DNA of 64,000 bases, taken from assembly GCA_030704615.1 (NCBI GenBank), contig CM060732.1:66030001-66094000 (forward strand), read 5' to 3'. A program made the position numbers and the translations under genes. The notes below the pieces were generated by a model. The model had not been told where the DNA came from and ran no database searches. It saw nothing but the letters and a program-made list of their open reading frames with translations. Shown piece by piece: positions 40,744-53,500 of this stretch (position 1 is its first letter; each line of letters opens with the position of its first letter). This stretch comes from Takakia lepidozioides. Lineage: Eukaryota > Plantae > Bryophyta.

Positions 40744-43700
40744 GAGAATATGCAAAAGGTGGCGGATGAGAACCCTTCGGGGCAGGGGAAGGAGATCATT
40801 GTTGATTTGGACGATGAGTTCTATGAAAGCAAAGCCGCTGAGATGCTAGGGGGTCAAAAGGTAAACTCTCAGATTGTGGTGCAAAGTATGCTTGCACCGG
40901 GTGGGAGGTTGAAGATGCCCTTGTGTAGGTTGGTTTCCATGCCCGTCGTTCATCCACCCCTCATCAAGGACATCCTGAAGCTGGAGGCCGAGTTTGTTCA
41001 TGGGTATTTGGATGGATCCGCAGTCTTTTACGGTTCTACTAGGGATTCCAGAGGCAATGAGCTCCTTGTGGATGAGTCAATCGTGGACTCCTGGGATCCT
41101 ATCTAGAGATAGGTGAACGAATCCTTCGAACTTCTTCTCTCCACGAAACCTTCGACCCAGACATTCTTAGGGAAGATGTTTCACGTATGGGATGACAACC
41201 ACCGGTTGCTTGCATGGATGGCTGTCATTGGGAGGCTGCACTTACAGGAGGAAGAGTGGCATTACTCTGTTCGATCGATGGTGCTGGATTGTGACGGGAA
41301 CATGATGGGTCTTCTAACAGAAATGAATGATGTGAACAGGTTGGTTTCTCATTGTACATGTTCCAGTTGTGGTTCCGTGGTTCTTTTGTTCCAGTCCTCT
41401 ATTGACGGTTCTTCAATTTCATTCTGACTTTCACACATCATTCTGCAGAGGGACGGAGACATCGCATGTCAAAACGAGTCTGGTTCACACACTGTACAGG
41501 ATACAAATGATTGGGCAGATGCCCTTGACCAACTTCAAGACCATCCTTTCAGCAGAGACGTACAAGAAGTGCAAAAGCTCGAAGACATCATAAACGTGGT
41601 ACTCATTGACCCGTGAGGCTTTCATGGAGTATATGTACGCGGTGAGATACATCTTCCATCATCTGGCCTTTCGATATTCCTGCTTCCACATATTTGTTTC
41701 TATTTGTTTTCCTTGCCCTTGGGTTGATGCAACTCTCGTGCATTCCCTTGCAGCAAGACATTGCAGATGTAGGAGATCGTGGCAAACTGGAATACTACAG
41801 CTCTACCTCTGACGAGAGAAGGACAGCAAAGGGGGTTGAGAGTCACATCCGGAAAGAGATGACCGCCACAAGAAGGACTATTATGAGTGCTTTTGTTAAG
41901 CAGTTGAGAATTGCCGATCCATCATTCGGACCGCAGTTTCTTCAAGAGGTGAAAAACCATTACAACAAGCCAGGTAAGCCAGAGATGGCCCAGGAGAAGT
42001 TACACAGGTTGTCTACCGCCGTTGTGTCTTCAGAACAGAAGGTGAAGTGACTACAGATATGGAACTCCGATCCCACTGTTAGGGATACCCACATGTTCCC
42101 CAGGCCGGAGAAAGAGAAGAAGACCCAGCGTGTCATTCCTGTCAGTGACAATGTGCTGGACACATGGTTTTACAAGGCCACTCACTGGAGCCAAGTATGA
42201 TGTCCTTTGCTGTGTCACTTTCTAGTCGTTTTTTCTGTCATTCTCTTTCCATATTACATTGGCTGTGATTGTTTTTGGGTTCATTCTTACATTTGAATTG
42301 TTTTGCAGTTGGAGGAAAGGGCCCGGTTGGTTCTACATACGCAGCTAGCTGACTATGGGATCACCAGCACCGAAGGTCTCATTCCAAGCATACATGAGGA
42401 AATGGAGAGCCACAGTGTAGCAATCTTGTTTCTTTAGAGAGTTCAGCAAGGAGGGTGGCATCAGTCGAACAAATGAGCTTGACCAGCAAGAGAAAGGAGA
42501 GGAAGCCTGGAAACGATGCCTTTATAGGTGTGAAATGGACTGTGCTTGTTTGTTTTGCAAAGACACACTCTCCTCCATCCGACCTGTTTTGGGCTGGCTC
42601 ATATGAGTTTGTGGTGCCGCACACTCATTTGTTCTATCCGTGTGTAGTAACACCAACGTGCACACCCTGGGCCCTTCAGGCTATTTTGTGTGCAGTGGTT
42701 GCAGTGTACTGTGCCGCATACTCTTTTAGGGGGTCTTCGTGATGTGGTGGAAAAGCTGGGAGACAATAATTGCATTGCATAATGAGGCTGTCTCTGTTCC
42801 TGCAGGTACATAAAGTATGTTCTCATGGCAGAGAACTGCTTGGACAAACATCCTGATTTCGTGGACCTTTGGCTTGTCCCTGCTGGCAACTAGACCATGT
42901 TTACTACAGGGATCTTGCATGACTGGGGCCCAGACCATCTTTCTGCTTGTGGTTGGTATTTGGATTGCCCTGCTTCTGAGATCCCAGCTCATGAGGTGTC
43001 TTTGAGGAGAGAGAATGAGCGTATAGCAACCACTGCCGCAGCAGCCGACCTCGACATTCATAATAGAAATTTGAGGACTCTTGCAGAGAAGGAGCCTCCC
43101 GCTCAGGATACCCCGGGTAGAGGTAGAAAGGCAAAAGGAAAGGATATTGCTGGTGGTGTGGGGAAAGGAAGGGGTAGGGGGAAAGGGGCACAAGGGCAGG
43201 TAGGTGGGCAGGGAAGTGTTGCAGATACTGGCCCTGTGGTGGATGTCCTGCAGACTCCACCGCATGGTAGGGGATCCGGGAGAAAGAACAAGGGGGTGGT
43301 TGATCCCAAGGACCCGTACCATGCAGTGGAGCATCCCACGAGGGTCATTTGCCCTACCAGGTTGGAGATGGCCAACGTCGGGTTCCTTGCCATGATGGAG
43401 TCCAAGAAATCTGATTACAAGGGTGAGCCATCACCAGTGTGGGAGAGGATTGTGGAGTTCCTCGGCACGGTGCGTGTTGTCTTTTGCTTCTTGTCTGTTG
43501 TGGGCATGGATCGTTTCAATCCTCTTGAGCATTCCATTGCATGCTTGTTTGCAGGCTAAAATGACCAAATCCTGGGTGAACGGGAAGGAGAAGCTATATG
43601 CAGCCGAACTCATCATCTTGGACATCCCAAATGGGTTGCCAGTCCCGGATGTCCCTCCATCGGGTGCTTGTCAAGGTTGGAATGCTTTTGATGAGCGCTA

Positions 43701-44985
43701 CTGGTGGTGGGTTTTCTCCTTTTGCAATTTCTTTCTGTCCGATGCAGGTGTTTTGGTGCTCATCCAGTCCATCGACCTTCGTTGTCGCCGTGCACTTGCC
43801 AGCTATTTGAAAGCCTCCGGTATAAGGGTCGTGAAGACATGGAATTGTGTGAACAGCATGTACTTGACGAAGGGGGGTCGTCCGGGAGAGATGGTAAATT
43901 TGCTTTCTTATTCCTCTCCTTGGTGGTTCTCGGATGGAGTTGCATAAGCCGCTCAAATGAATATGTAGGGGCCTGGTTTTCAAGCTTTTTAGTTCCTTGA
44001 GGATGTCCTGTTCGCAGACTCGTTTGTTTGAAGCTGTTTGTCTCGTCCGAGTGCATCCACCTACGACTCCAGCCGTCATTAGGGAGTTCGCCATCACTCA
44101 TGGGGCAAGTTCATAGACGAGAGGTCAGATCCTCCCACGGATGACATGCACCACAACTACGTGGATAACAACATGTGCTTGCGAAGGGGGAATGGGGTTC
44201 CTTGGAGAGGGGTCAGGGAGAGGAGCCCGACTTTCATTCAAACGATTGTGGAGTGCTGCACCTACACAGACGCCAGAGTTCTGGATTTGTCAATGGGCAC
44301 AAGTTTGTCTCTTCAACATTCACATTTCATGAGGTTGTTTGAGCTTGCACTTTCAGCACTCCAAATGTATCTTCAATGTCTGTTTTCTTCATTCTACTCC
44401 ACTGCAGGTGCTTCGTACCACGCTTGCAAGGCCAGTGCGCCACATCTCTTTGGGATTGAAGGGGATGCTGAGATTTACAAGAACCTCCTGATGGGTTTGG
44501 GTGGACACACTTCTCAAGTCCTTCCGAAGCCCCTTCCCAGTGATATTGATACAGGGGAGACTTCCGACAAGGAGCTAGACTCTGACTATGCCTGTGAGAA
44601 AGTTCAACCTGTGGATGCTTGCATTGTTGTTTCAATACCCAGAATCACTGTTCTTAAGGCAAAGTGCACATGGGAGACATCCTTTTCGTTGGACTTGAGC
44701 ATTGCATCATTGTGTTCAAAATGGGTTTTTGTCGACTTGTGCAGGAGTCCGCGTGCTTCCACTGGCCCTCCAGGGCTATCACACCTTTTTGGACTTCTTT
44801 CAAGTCCTCCTCAGTCTTACGTGCTACCTGTCTATGCAGAGGCACTCGCAGCAACCATGTCCGTTCATGGCACTCGCAGTCCAACCATCGACGGCCGTGG
44901 TAAAAGACGTGGTGTTGGGGCCGGAATCTTTGTGGATGACATAGCACAGGAGGTCGATACTGATACTGATGACTGTGACACTTGA
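40744..44985 (+). pseudogene. Multi-exon gene: ParB/sulfiredoxin-like N-terminal domain plus beta-class N4C/N6A DNA methyltransferase-like C-terminal domain
   Basis: MFHVWDDNHRLLAW (DGNHR-like, 41176-41217); ELIILDIPNG (motif IV-like, DIPNG at 43621); FLSDAGVLVL; RERSPTFIQTIVECCT..DARVLDLSMGT|ASYHACKASAPHLFGIEGD (motif X-I-II-like). GT-AG introns (e.g. 44303-44407); premature stops. Confidence 0.65.
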
Positions 44986-45559
44986 TATGAAGTTTTCTTT
45001 TGCTTTTATTCGGGGCCAATTTTGAAATGGGATGGTTGTGTGTCCTTGTTGTCCTGTTTGCAATGTGTGCGTGGGATGCAAATTCATGGGAACAAATTAT
45101 CGTTGGAGATGGGGGTTGCATGAACTGCCCGGATTGAATCTATTTAGTGTTTTGCGGAACTCACAGGCTTGTGTGCATTGCAAAAACAAACAAACGTCTT
45201 TGGTTCGGGTAGAGCATTCTCGCATCATTTGCTCGTTGGTCTCCAAACCATTCCTGCTAGAAGAATGCTTGGTAAATCCATCATGTTAAAGTCCACGTGA
45301 TCAAAAAGCGTTCAGGCATTCTCAATTCTGGTGAGCATCCATGATGCTCCCGCACATACTTGGTACGTTCGCAAGGGTGGTGAGTAAGAAAAGATTTCGC
45401 AGGGATCCGCTTTGGATGATGTGAGTGTGCACCTGCTCACGACGTAGCCACATTCCAATGCAGGGGCTTAATATGTTGATAATGTCTAAATGGATGCAAT
45501 GGATAGAAAGGATGGATACAATGGATGTAACACATCCAGTCTGCATTCCCTGGAAATGG

Positions 45560-45697
45560 CTGATCAACCCGCGGTAATACATGACACCCGCGGAAGTAGG
45601 CCCTGTATGCATGTTGACGTGGCGTGAGCCTGTGCTGGGCTCATGGTTTCCTGGGCTCACAGGCTCACGCCTCCGGGCTCACGGAATAGCACCCCCC
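45560..45697. repeat. gtgagcc/ggctcac motif cluster ending ..ggaatagcacccc, probable terminus of the ParB-MTase element
   Basis: Repeated ggctcac/gtgagcc motifs, then an abrupt return to PPR sequence gccaaatgtggg at 45698. Confidence 0.55.
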
Positions 45698-48102
45698 GCC
45701 AAATGTGGGTGCATGAAGGATGCGAAGGGAGTTTTCAAATGGCTGAACAAGATGTGGTGTCGTGGAACGCGATGCTTGCAGGGTATGCACAGCAGGGGCG
45801 TGGGATGAAGGCTTTGGAGACCTATGAGCAAATGATGGGGGAAGGGGTGAAGCCCGACCACATCACGTTTGTGTGCGTTTGCAATGCGTGTGCAAGCCTG
45901 GCAGCCCTGGAAAAGGGTAAAGAGGTGCATGGTTGCATCGCCAAAGCTGGAACTGTACTAGGTGTGATCCTGAACACTGCCCTGGTGGACATGTATGCCA
46001 AATGTGGGAGCATTGAGGATGTGGAGGGGTGTTCAACAATATGGCTGAATGAGATTTGTTGTCGTGGTAGTGCGAAGGGGTGAAGCGCGACCACATCACA
46101 TTTGTTTGTGTGCGTTTGCAGTGCATGTGCAAGCCTGGGAGCCCTTGGAAAGGGGAAAGATGTCCATGTTGCATCGCCAAAGCTGGAATTGTACCACATG
46201 TCATTCTGAACAATACCCTGGTGGACATGTATGCCAAATGTGGGAGCATTGAGGATGCGGAGGGAGTGTTCAACAATACGGCTGAACGAGATTTGGTGTC
46301 ATGGAACGCCATGCTTGCAGGGTATGCACAGCAGGGGCACGGGATGGAGGCCTTGGACCATACCTATGAGCAAATGATGGGGGAAGGGGTGAAATGCAAC
46401 CACATCACGTTTGTGAGCGTTTGCAATGCTTGTGCAAGCCTGGTAGCCCTGGAAAAGGGCAAAGAGGTCCATGATGGGGGAAGGGGGGAAGCCCGACCAC
46501 ATCACGTTTGTGTGCATTTGTAATGCGTGTGCAAGCCACATTCATTTGTGTTCTCAATGTTGGTGCCAGCATGGTGGCCCTGGAGAAGGGCAAAGATATC
46601 CATGCTGACATTATCAAAGCTGGAATTTTGTCATACATTAATTGGGAGACTGCCCTTGTTAACATGTATGCCAAATATGGGAGTGTAAGGGAGGCCTCAA
46701 CAATATGGTGGCAGGATATACCAAGCATGGTTGTGGTAGGAATGCCTTCGAGACATATGATCAACTGATACAGCAAGGGGTGATGCCCGATCAGGTCACA
46801 TTTGTTTGCATTCTCGAGACTGGCAGCCCTGGAAAACGGCAAAGAGGTCCATGCTGACATATGAAAGCTGGACTTGTACCAAATCTGATTTTGAACAATA
46901 GCCTTGTTGACATGTATGCGGAATGCGGGAGCATGAAGGTTGCAAAGAGAGTATTTGACAACATGGCTGAACGAGATGTGGTGTCGTGGAATGCGATGAT
47001 CACAAGATATGCCCAGCATGGGTGTGGGATGGAGGCTTTGGGGACCTATGAGCAAAAGATGCGGAAGCATTCAACAGAATGCCTCAACAATCTTGATCAC
47101 GTGGAATATAATGTTGGCAGGATTTACCAAGCATGGGTGTGGTAGGAATGCTTCGAGACCTATGAGCAGATTCTGCGCAAAGGGGTGACGCCCAACCACA
47201 TCAGATTTGTTTGTGTTTGCAATGCGTGTGCAAGCCTGGCAGCCCTGGAAAAGGGCAAAGAGGTGCATGGTTGCATCGCCAAAGCTGGAATTGTACCAGA
47301 TATGATTCTGAACAATACCCTCATAGACATGTATGCCAAATGTGGGAGCATCAAGGATGTGGAGGGAGTGTTCAACAATACGGCTAAACGAGATTTGGTG
47401 TCATGGAACGCCATGCTTGTAGGATATGCAAGCAGGGGTGCGGGATGGAGGCCTGGGGGAAGGGGTGAAGCCCGACCACATCATGTTTGTGTGCGTTGGC
47501 AATGGGTGTGCAAGCCTGGCAGCCCTGGAAAAGGGCAAAGGGTTCATGGTGACATCATCAAAGCTGGAATTGTACCAAATGTCATTCTGGACACTGCCCT
47601 AGTTCACTTGTATGCGAAATGTGAGTGCAATGAGGATGCAAAGGGAGTATTTGACAATGTGGCTGAATGAAATGTGATGTCATGGAATGCGATGATCGCA
47701 GGATATGCCCAGCATGGTTGTCATAGGGAGGTCCTGCAACTATTTGAAGGAATGCAAAAGAAAGGCTTGAAGCCGGACAATATCACATTTATATGTGTTC
47801 TCTCTGCCTGCAACCACACTAGCCTACTGAATGAAGGAAGACGCTACTTCGATTCCCTTAGTGAAGATCATGGTATCAATCTGACAATAAAGCACTTTGG
47901 CTGTATGGTGGACCTTCTGGACGTGCGGGACAACTACATGAGGCAAGGTACCTGATTAATAAAATGCAAATCAATCCAGATGTTGTGGTGTAGACGGCCT
48001 TGCTTGGTGCCTGCAGAATCCATGGCAATGCGGAGATGGCTGAATGTGTGGCAACATCTATCCTCAAGTGGGATGAACAGGATGCCGCGACTTATGTGTT
48101 GC
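45698..48102 (+). pseudogene. Scrambled PLS PPR triplets through P2-L2-S2-E1
   Basis: Multiple VVSWNAMLAGYAQQG / HITFVCVCNACASL / NTALVDMYAKCG; FICVLSACNH, KHFGCMVDLL, LLGACRIHGN. Confidence 0.9.
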
Positions 48103-49193
48103 TATAATTCTGGGTTTGGGTGGTGGAGCTTCTCCAAAGCTTGAAGATGGAAGTGAATACGAATTTTAATGAGCTTGATGAGAGGGGCAGCCCTGTGCAC
48201 AAGTTTGTTCAACATCTTAAATTTGGACATGCTTTGTTTCTCGTGGTGTGGCTTTGGATGGAGCCCTTGACGAACTTGCATGAATATTGTCAAAAGCTAA
48301 CGTTAACCCACCAAGATCCAATCCCACGGTGGATGCTTGAAAGTTCATATAGTGAATGTAGGGGTATTTGGGTATGTTGATATTGATTGATGCGGCTTGT
48401 GAAAATTGAACATTGAAATGCAGATCCACCATTTTTCTTCCAGGAATAAACAAAACACGGGATCTTTGCATGTAAGACAGTGGGGATGACCCACCCTTTT
48501 TTTGTGAAAAATTGAACGTAGTTCTCAGAATTCATCGCTAGTAGTGCGGAGCAACGCGAAGCCCTAGTGGTTAAAAGCATACTTCACAAGGTGGCACATT
48601 GGCTGGTAGCTTAGCTGATAAGGGCTCAATGTGTCACCTTGGTGATTCAGGGTTCAAACTCGTTGCTTGCCAGTGTGTGGATTGTTCGTGGCGGTCTCCC
48701 TAGTCGTTGTTTGTCATGTAGGTCTCATGGCCCATGATAATTTTTCCCCCTCCTCAAGGCCTCGGGCTATTTGTAATCTACTCATGCAAGGTCTCTCCTG
48801 TAGAGCCCCTGACAGGGGACACATTAATGTGTGGTCCACATTAATGGCTCCTCATGTGGCCCATGCTATGGCCGCCATAGCGATCCTCTATGCGCCTCCA
48901 TGCTCCACATCCGCCATCCATGCGCTTCCTATGCTCCATATCCCCATGATCCATCCCATGCCCTCCTTAACTCATTTTGATCAGTTTATAATGCAACAAA
49001 GAACATTAAATCACACATTGATTGGTAACCCAATTGGTTAAGTGCACAATGTGTTACTTACGCAATTCCGGGTTCAAACCCATTGCGTTACCCTTCTTAG
49101 TGTGTGGATAGTTTGTGGCAGTCCTCAATAGCTTAAATCGTAGAATGTCACTCCCAGGATTTTTTTTCTCTTTCAAAGCAGACAAAAAAATGT

Positions 49194-49356
49194 TAAGGGG
49201 CTGATCCGAAACCAAAATTGTTGTTGTTGATAAGAAACCAATATTGTTGTTTAAATATTTGGAATTTCATACTTGTCCCTTGAAATTCCAAATATTTAAA
49301 TAACAATATTGGTTTCTTATCAACAACAACAATTTTGGTTTCGGATCAGCCCCTTA
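49194..49356. repeat. Near-perfect 76-bp hairpin (MITE-like)
   Basis: taaggggctgatccgaaacc...ggaatttca, 11-nt loop, then tgaaattcc...ggtttcggatcagcccctta; one mismatch. A partial third arm follows at 49378-49437. Confidence 0.85.
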
Positions 49357-49839
49357 GCAATTTTTTCTCCTATGAGAGTATGAAATTCCAAATATTTAAA
49401 CAACAATTTTGGTTTCGGATCAGCCCCTTAACATTTTTTTTTTCAAAAAAGATAGCAACAACTTAAGACTATTGAGGACCACCACAAACAATCCACACAC
49501 GAATAGGGGTAGTGCAATGGGTTTGATCTCCAAAACTACATGGGTCACACATTGTGGACTTACCAGCTGAGCTACCAACTAACGTGTAATTGAATGTTCT
49601 TTGTTGCATTATAAACTGATAAAATGAGTTGAGGAGGTCATGGGATGAACCATGGGATATGGAGCATAGGGAGCGCATCGATGGAGCATGGAGGTGCATG
49701 GAGGCTCGATATGGCGCTATGGCGGCCATAGCATGGCATGGGGCCTCATGGAGGATGGAGTGCAATTAATGCTGGGGCCACATGAGGAGCCTTTAATGTG
49801 GACCCCACATTAATGTGTCCCTTGACAGGGGCTCTATAG

Positions 49840-50116
49840 AAGTGATTTTTTTCTTAAATTTGAAAAATAGCACGAGTGGCTACAAGAAATAGCTACATAT
49901 TCTGTTCATCCATTGAATTTTTGGATAGAATCATCCTCATATGTACTTTCATCCATTTATATCATCCACATTTGGCGAATTCATCCATCTTTTATTTTTT
50001 CCTTGTAGAAGTTTGGCGATTTCATCCATGAAAAAGCAAGGAATTTGTGACAAAATATTCCATTTTAATTTTTTGAGGTCGCCATTTGGCGATTTTTCAC
50101 CCAAAAAAAAGCACTG
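49840..50116. mobile_element. hAT-type MITE
   Basis: 8-bp TSD ctctatag at 49832-49839 and 50117-50124; TIR-like aagtgattttttt / aaaaaaagcactg. Confidence 0.75.
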
Positions 50117-50544
50117 CTCTATAGGGGAGACCTTGCAGGAGTAGGTTACAAATAGCCCTAGGCCTCCTCAAGGGCCTGAATAGTGGCCCGCTATCACTCC
50201 CAGGTTTTGTTTAAGGAAAATAAAATAGAAAAGGTGAAATCTGAACTTACCTATGCTGAATTGTAAGTTCTTACATTGTAATGTTTTTTTTAAGTTGTTT
50301 TTAAAGAAGGGGAGCAAGACGCCCATAAAACTTTACAAAGAAAAGGTGAAATGGTCCAAAAAGAACAAGGGATGGAGGACAATAGATCGCATAAATCTGG
50401 AAAAAGTACCATAAGATCATATGCCTAATGTACTTTTACATTGTTCCTAATGTTTTTTCGCATAGTATATTTTCCAATCAGGATAATCATTGTTCTCAGA
50501 AGTCGTCAATGGTAGTGCAGGGCAATGTATAGCCCTGGTAGGAA

Positions 50545-53500
50545 TTCAAGCGACGACCGAAGGTTGGAAGCTAGTTTAGCGTAGAGCAGGAATAGGGTGC
50601 CATAGTGCCACGTCATCATTACCACGTTTCGTTGCCACATCATCGTAGACACGTCGTCGTCGTCTGCCCGGACCGCCCACCCGAAATATGCCAATAGAAA
50701 TCGCCGCGCCAACTTTTTCGGAACTGCCCGCAATGCCCGGATCTTGATCTTCTTGAACTGCAGGAGCTCTGCGTTTTCTGCCATCGTTCACCTTGCAAGC
50801 TGCAAGCTCTCAACGAATTGAGGAAATCCATGCTGAGGTAGATTGTCTTGGCAGATGAAGATCAAGCATAGAAATGTCTGAATGTGGCTTTCGACATTGG
50901 GTGAGTCAGTGAGGGTTGTAAAGTTCAAGAATTTGAGTGATACAGAAACAGAAAACAACTGGATGGTGAACGCTATGGAGAAGTGTAGTGGAGGAATTTG
51001 TCATGGAGAAGGTATTTACTGAAGTTCAGAGTTGGTTTGGGGGGGGGGGAGTTGGAGGGGTTTTCCATGGGTCGTCTTGGTACAACAAGTAGATTTGGAC
51101 TATGATAAATCAGTATTTTTTTATTATCCGTTGTGAGCATGCATTGGGACAAAATATAGACTTTTTGAAGAGGAGAAGGAGGATGGGAACTGCGTGACCG
51201 ACATTTTGGCAGGCTGCATGATCCGTACTATCTCTCATGATCCTCGAGCGAAGGTCGGAAGCTAGTTTAGCATAGAGCAGGAATAGGGTGCCATAGTGCC
51301 ACGTCATCGTCGCCACGTTTCGTCGCCACGTCATAAAGCCAGGTCATCGTAGACTCACAATGTGCCTACTCACCCCAGTGCATGCCAACTGAACGTTTTG
51401 CACGAACTGCCATGTGAATTGCAACTGCATCCTCTGCTCCACCAACAAAAAATGTGGTATGTCAGAGTTCAGTAGAGAGTCTCGTTATCTTAGGTTGTAG
51501 AGGGACATATATACAATACATATATACATTACGATAAAAATAAGAGCTAATAAAATGTCAATGTCTGAATTATTATATATTTATCAAAGTTTGACATAGG
51601 CTACAGGGGTGCGGGATGGAGGCTTTGGAGACCTATGAGCAAATGATGGGGGAAGGGGTGAAGCCCGACCACATCACGTTTGTATGTGTTTGCAGTGCAC
51701 GTGCTGGAAAAGGGCAAAGAGGTGCATGGTTGCATCGCCAAAGTTGGAATTGTACATACTGAACCATACCCTCATGGACATGTATGCCAAATGTGGGAGC
51801 ATTGAGGATGCGGAGGGAGTGTTCAACAATATGCCTGAACGATGTCGCATGACAGGTGGTGTGCTTGAAGTGTTCGAGATTCAGTAATGCTTGCTAGAGG
51901 CAGAGTTGTCATGCATCTCTATTCAAGGACAATGTGGTAAGAGCACCTTCTTCTTAGACCTATATCAGCCTATTTTGCCCTCTCATCAGACTCGGCCCTG
52001 AGATGCATATTGAATTTTGTCAGTTAGCTCGTTTGCTCGGAGCAGGGATAGAGTGTGGGTCCAGATTCATCCAAGAGGCCAGATTTCAAGCACAAGAGTA
52101 CCTGTGATTCCATGTGGATCGATAGCTACAAGAAACTTGCATGGGTAGATGGTCAACTGGTAGCCGCAGAAGCAGCGACACAATTGATAAAATCAGGCAT
52201 TGCTAATCAAGGCACCTTCTTCAACACATTTCACCCAGTTTTTCCCTCACAACAGGAAAGCGGCCAAAAACAGGTAACAGAGATGAGGAGAAGCTGTGGA
52301 ATGAATACTTTTCTGACCACATAACATTTGTGTGCGTGTGCAAGCCTGGCAGCCTTGGAAAAGGGCAAAGAGGTCCATGGTTGCATCGTCAAAGCTGGAA
52401 ATGTACCAAATGTAATTCTGAACAATACCCTTGTGGACATGTATGCCAAATGTGGAGGGAGTGTTCAACAATATGGCTGAATCTGCCTGTTTTGCCCTCT
52501 CATCAGACTCGGCCCTGAGATGCATATTGAATTCTGTAAGTTAGCTCGTTGGGTGTATTTGTGGTGGTTAGGAGTGACTTTGACAAGTTATTGCCGATGT
52601 GGCAGCAGGAAAGTATCCAAAAACAAATAACATAGATGAGGAGAAGCTTGTTGACGTTTGTTTGCATTTGCAATGCGTGTGCAAGCCTGGCAGCCCTGGA
52701 AAGGTGCAATGAGGTCCATGGTGACATCGTCAAAGCTGATTTGTACCAGATGTCATCCTGAACACAGCCCGCTGCACATGTATATCAAATGTGAGTGCAT
52801 CGAGGATGCAAATGGAGTTTTCGATAGTGTGGCTGAAATAAATGTGGTGTCGTGGAAGGCGATGATTGCAGGATATGCACAGCAAGGGGCGGGATGGAGG
52901 CTTCGGATACTTATGAGCAAATGATGGGGGAAGGGGTGAAGCCCGACCGCATAACGTTTGTTTGCATTTGCAATGCGTGTGCAAGCCTGGCAGCTCTGGA
53001 AAGGTGCAAAGTGGTCCATGGTGACATCGTCACATCTGGAATTGTACCCAATGTCATTCTGAATACTGCCCTGCTGGACATGTATGTCAAATGTGAGTGC
53101 ATCGAGGATGCAAAGGGAGTTTTCGATAGTATGGCTGAAGAAGATGTGGTGTCGTGGAGGGCGATGATTGCAGAATATGTACAACAAGGGCGTGGGATGG
53201 AGGCGTTGGAGACCTATGAGCAATTGATGTGCGAAGGGGTGAAGCCCAACCGCATAACGTTTGTTTGCATTTGCAATGCGTGTGCAAGCCTGGCAGCTTT
53301 GGAAAGGTGCAATGAGGTCCATGCATGTAACATCGTCAAAGCTGGATTTGTACCAGATGTCATCCTGAACACTGCCCTCCTGGACATGTATGTCAAATAT
53401 GAGTGCATCGAGGATGCAAAGTGAGTGTTCAATAATATGGCTGAAAGAAATATGGTGTCGTGGAGTGCGATGATTGCAGGATATGCACAGCAAAGGGCGG

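Larger units (their letters stand above)
37124..48567 (+). mobile_element. PPR-carrying Helitron2/Helentron-like unit A (contains the ParB-MTase segment)
   Basis: 5' ttctagtgatgaccgaaggtcgg; 3' tcatcgctag-tagtgcggagcaacgcgaagcc-CTAG|t. Confidence 0.55.
48752..50170. repeat. About 1.4-kb foldback (inverted arms 48752-49137 and 49462-50170)
   Basis: e.g. tcattttgatcagtttataatgcaacaaagaacatt vs aatgttctttgttgcattataaactgataaaatga; ggctatttgtaa vs ttacaaatagcc. Confidence 0.8.

Noticed and set aside
25580-45632. A single 20-kb element bounded by the 18-bp inverted match
   Set aside because: Both matches sit inside motif clusters that look like the right-hand ends of separate segments, there is no TSD, and the interior is a patchwork of unrelated elements.
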